A DNA stretch of 64,000 nt from Tubulanus polymorphus (Eukaryota > Animalia > Nemertea), in the NCBI RefSeq assembly GCF_964204645.1, contig NC_134029.1, positions 22,500,950 through 22,564,949 of the forward strand. Reading direction: 5' to 3'. Made by a program: the position numbers and the translations under genes. Under the pieces are notes generated by a model, which saw only the letters and a list, made by a program, of their open reading frames with translations, did not search any database and was not told the origin of the DNA. The stretch's first letter is position 1; the number at the start of each line of letters is the position of its first letter. Below, piece after piece: positions 61,118 through 64,000 of the stretch.

Positions 61118-61157
61118 CGCCTGATGATGGCTAATAGTCTTTAGCCGAAACGTTGCG
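61118..61157 (+). ncRNA. Minimal type I hammerhead ribozyme motif (Penelope-like element type)
   Basis: cgc-CTGATGA-t-[ggcta..tagcc stem II]-GAAAC-GTT-gcg: perfect core, loop-less palindromic stem III (AACGTT), GUU cleavage triplet, 3-bp stem I. Confidence 0.7.
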
Positions 61158-62750
61158 CAAATATATATATAACTCTTCTATTCAAGTTTCTCGTTTTGGC
61201 TGAACTTATTGTGGGATTTCTCTTGTTATCAGTACGTAGTCTGTTATTCAGACTACTGGGCCCCTTTTCTAATCAGTATCTGTCTATGTTAGTTTTACTT
61301 TTACTATCAGATTTTTTAAGTATGATCGCAAAATTTGTCTCAAACGTCATAATTTTTATAGATGAATTTTACCTACTAACCACGCTGCTGCCAACTGCTC
61401 CACTGTAAGATGCATCGACCTGTATTCACTAGCACATCTGCCTAAGCACGTGTTAAACATGTGGGGGATTTCCAAATATAAGAACCGCTATTAACTACAG
61501 GAAACATTTTGATCCAAAACTAATCAAAAACAAAAATGAATTTGTTTGACAAATAACATCCATCAGTTTATTTTCTTAATACCACAATGCTGGGTACATA
61601 CAAGCTAATAATCATTGGTAAGCTTAACTTTTAAGCGTTGTAATTTTTCAGGATGCCTAAAAACTAACTGAGTCCGATCGACATTCGATCCACCTGACAA
61701 ATAGCTAGATGTACAAATAATTTCAAACTTACCAGACATACATCACATACATGTACTTGGCACTTGATTTTTGTGCAATTGGAATTAAATGCTGAACGGA
61801 AAAAAGCCCACCGCAAGAAATGCCACCAAATTTTGTAAGGTACGTAGGAAAAGATACCACCGGCAAAATTTCACTTTTGCACATCGGGTAAAAGATACTA
61901 CTAGGAAAAAGAAAGTAATTTCAAAACATAAATTTATGTTTAACGGCAACAATGATAATCGAGATCTTCAATCTCCAGTCAATAGTTTGTTGTAATTAGG
62001 TTTCAATGCAATGACTACTAATTTCGATTAATTACATAATCTTCAATTAGATAATTCATTATGGCAACATAAAGTGAGTAACTGACTACTGGACAGAGGG
62101 TCAAGATGTCCTAAATAAAGTCCAGTAATATCTGACAGCATAAAATTTGCGTTAACACTCATTGTGAAACAAATAAAGATGATATGCGCTTATTTGGATC
62201 AAATTCATAATCTAGTTAATTATATTTTGAGCATGTATAGAATCTGCATGGATGTAGTCTGCAAGAAGTCCGAAAATGAACTGTAGCATTTCTCACTATT
62301 TGTTCATTTTAAATTGAAGAAAAACTCATAGCTGGCATTTTTTCCTACTATCATATTATACAGTGGCATTCTTTATTACATTTGAAATCAAAAGCATTTA
62401 TATTTCTGGCTAGTGATTTGATTGCATTTTGGAGAATTACACTAACTCCAAGTTTGAGCGTGAGAGCATGGTAGCTTTTAAGGCCATATCCAATCCGGTG
62501 TCACTAAAGATGGAAATGCTCTTTTGTAATACTAGACTAATTTACACAGAATTGATGGTTACGAAAGTCAACAATCAGTATTTCTACAAACATTTTCGAG
62601 GAATTTCTTACAGAATGAACTTCATCCTAATTTTTATCACAGGTTAAAATAACACATCTTGTATTTTCTAAACAGACTTTTGTCATTAAATGACGCACCA
62701 GTCTACGAATAAATTAATGTCGGGTCCCGCAGTGCTCAAAACACCCACGA

Positions 62751-64000
62751 TCACGTGGCGGTTAGAAAATCTAGTGCTTCATCTCTGTTGTTGCTATGCA
62801 GAACAAGCGCTTCTCTTATTTTATCAGATTCGAATCCGAGCTCCTCAAACTGTCTGACCATCTCGATATATTCACACGCCTGTTAAACAAGAAATCAAAA
62901 CTAAACAGCCAAATCTGGTATTAATGATGCTTCACCTGGTCGACAGCAATTTGGAAGAATGAATGCCTGAAGAAAAGGTCGATTGATACCTGCATAGATG
63001 AGTTATGGTTAAACCGACATATTATTTACCTTCGCGAAATTATTGTCAAATAAAGCAAGGGAAAATTCAGCTTGTTCATCTTTGTAGCCTTTTTCAACAA
63101 TTCTATTCACAAGACATAAATGATCTATGACCTGAAAATAATGCGGTAAAAGAAATAGCTTTTACTCAAATAATCACGAATACAATTTGAGACAAAGTTA
63201 ATGAATGATATTAATTACTGACCACTTTGTCATCGGGGCCAAATTTTTTAACAGCTCTCGCCACTTGTGAACGAGGAAAGCCCATATCAGCGAGTGCGAG
63301 TACGAATTCCTGTTGACCGATCGGCAGACTACAGAATGGATCTACAGGAGTTGGTGAACACGGTGTCGACGATGAATCGCCGGTATTCTGTTGTTGCCAG
63401 TTCGGTAGAGGAGAATGTCTATTCCAATCCTAAAATACAAATTATCGATTATGAAATGCAATTAGTAGAAATTAATGAATTAATTCTATACAGTTAAGTA
63501 TAAGTAGATATATGCAGGTACCAATCTGTCACAACTCCTCGGGTGTTCAATACTTTATCGTCAACTCAATCTTCCCCGATGTTTTATCATCAAGGCTCCG
63601 TCCTTTGTTCAGGATTTTGCCTGTGACAATATCTGGCATTATCTGTCGATTAAATTCAATTTTCAATTGAAAATAGACTACAAATGCCAGACATTAGATA
63701 ACCATATTTTCACAAAGTTGCCATCAAGACGGCTAATTAATGATTTATACCTGCATATATAAGTTGATTGAAGAGGTAGAGGTACCTGTGTACTAGAAGG
63801 ACGAGGTGGCGGTGATGGTGATAACGGTTTGAACGGCGAGACAGAACGATTATTAAACGACGCCGACGAATCACGCGTAATATCCGGCGTACTCAGAGCA
63901 TTACGCAGCGGATTCAAAGTCGGCCATGATTGATCATTCACCGATGAACCGTCCGTGAATTGAGAGTTTTTATCGTGCGTAACGACGTCTAAATCGACCG
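62751..64000 (-). CDS. UBAP1: Ubiquitin-associated protein 1 (ESCRT-I), 3' portion; exons 63786->64000, 63223-63429, 63030-63131, 62751-62879
   Basis: Phase-0 GT-AG junctions. A Ser/Pro-rich linker precedes three overlapping UBA repeats (LADMGFPRSQVARAVKKFG; IDHLCLVNRIVEKGY; FEELGFESDKIREALVLHSNNRDEALDFL*), the SOUBA domain of UBAP1. The 5' end lies outside the window. Confidence 0.88.

Noticed and set aside
63267-63497. Plus-strand 76-aa ORF
   Set aside because: Antisense shadow of a UBAP1 exon.
63522-63642. Extra UBAP1 exon
   Set aside because: Stops in all three frames; the flanking exons join in phase without it.

Overview
AT-rich eukaryotic (metazoan invertebrate, probably lophotrochozoan; organism is inferred) genomic DNA with four spliced protein-coding genes, reconstructed by hand from GT-AG boundaries and reading-frame continuity. 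(1) TBC1D19-like, minus strand: six coding exons at 7704-8938 encode only the N-terminal ~199 aa, and I could not find the TBC-domain exons. (2) Cholecystokinin/sulfakinin-type receptor GPCR, plus strand, 17098-52649, with a 30.7-kb first coding intron. (3) A complete 17-exon STRA6-like (retinol transporter family) gene, minus strand, 55074-59423, ~642 aa. (4) The 3' part of UBAP1 (SOUBA domain), minus strand, 62751 to the window edge. Non-coding DNA holds several MITE-like inverted-repeat elements, a tRNA-derived SINE head, long (TA)n tracts inside a probable LINE 3' remnant, short tandem repeats, and two apparently intact plus several decayed minimal type I hammerhead-ribozyme motifs of the Penelope-like-element kind. 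No prokaryotic systems or CRISPR arrays. I see no clearly new system; the best leads are the hammerhead motifs, the TBC-less TBC1D19, the invertebrate STRA6-like protein and the alternative C-termini of the receptor.
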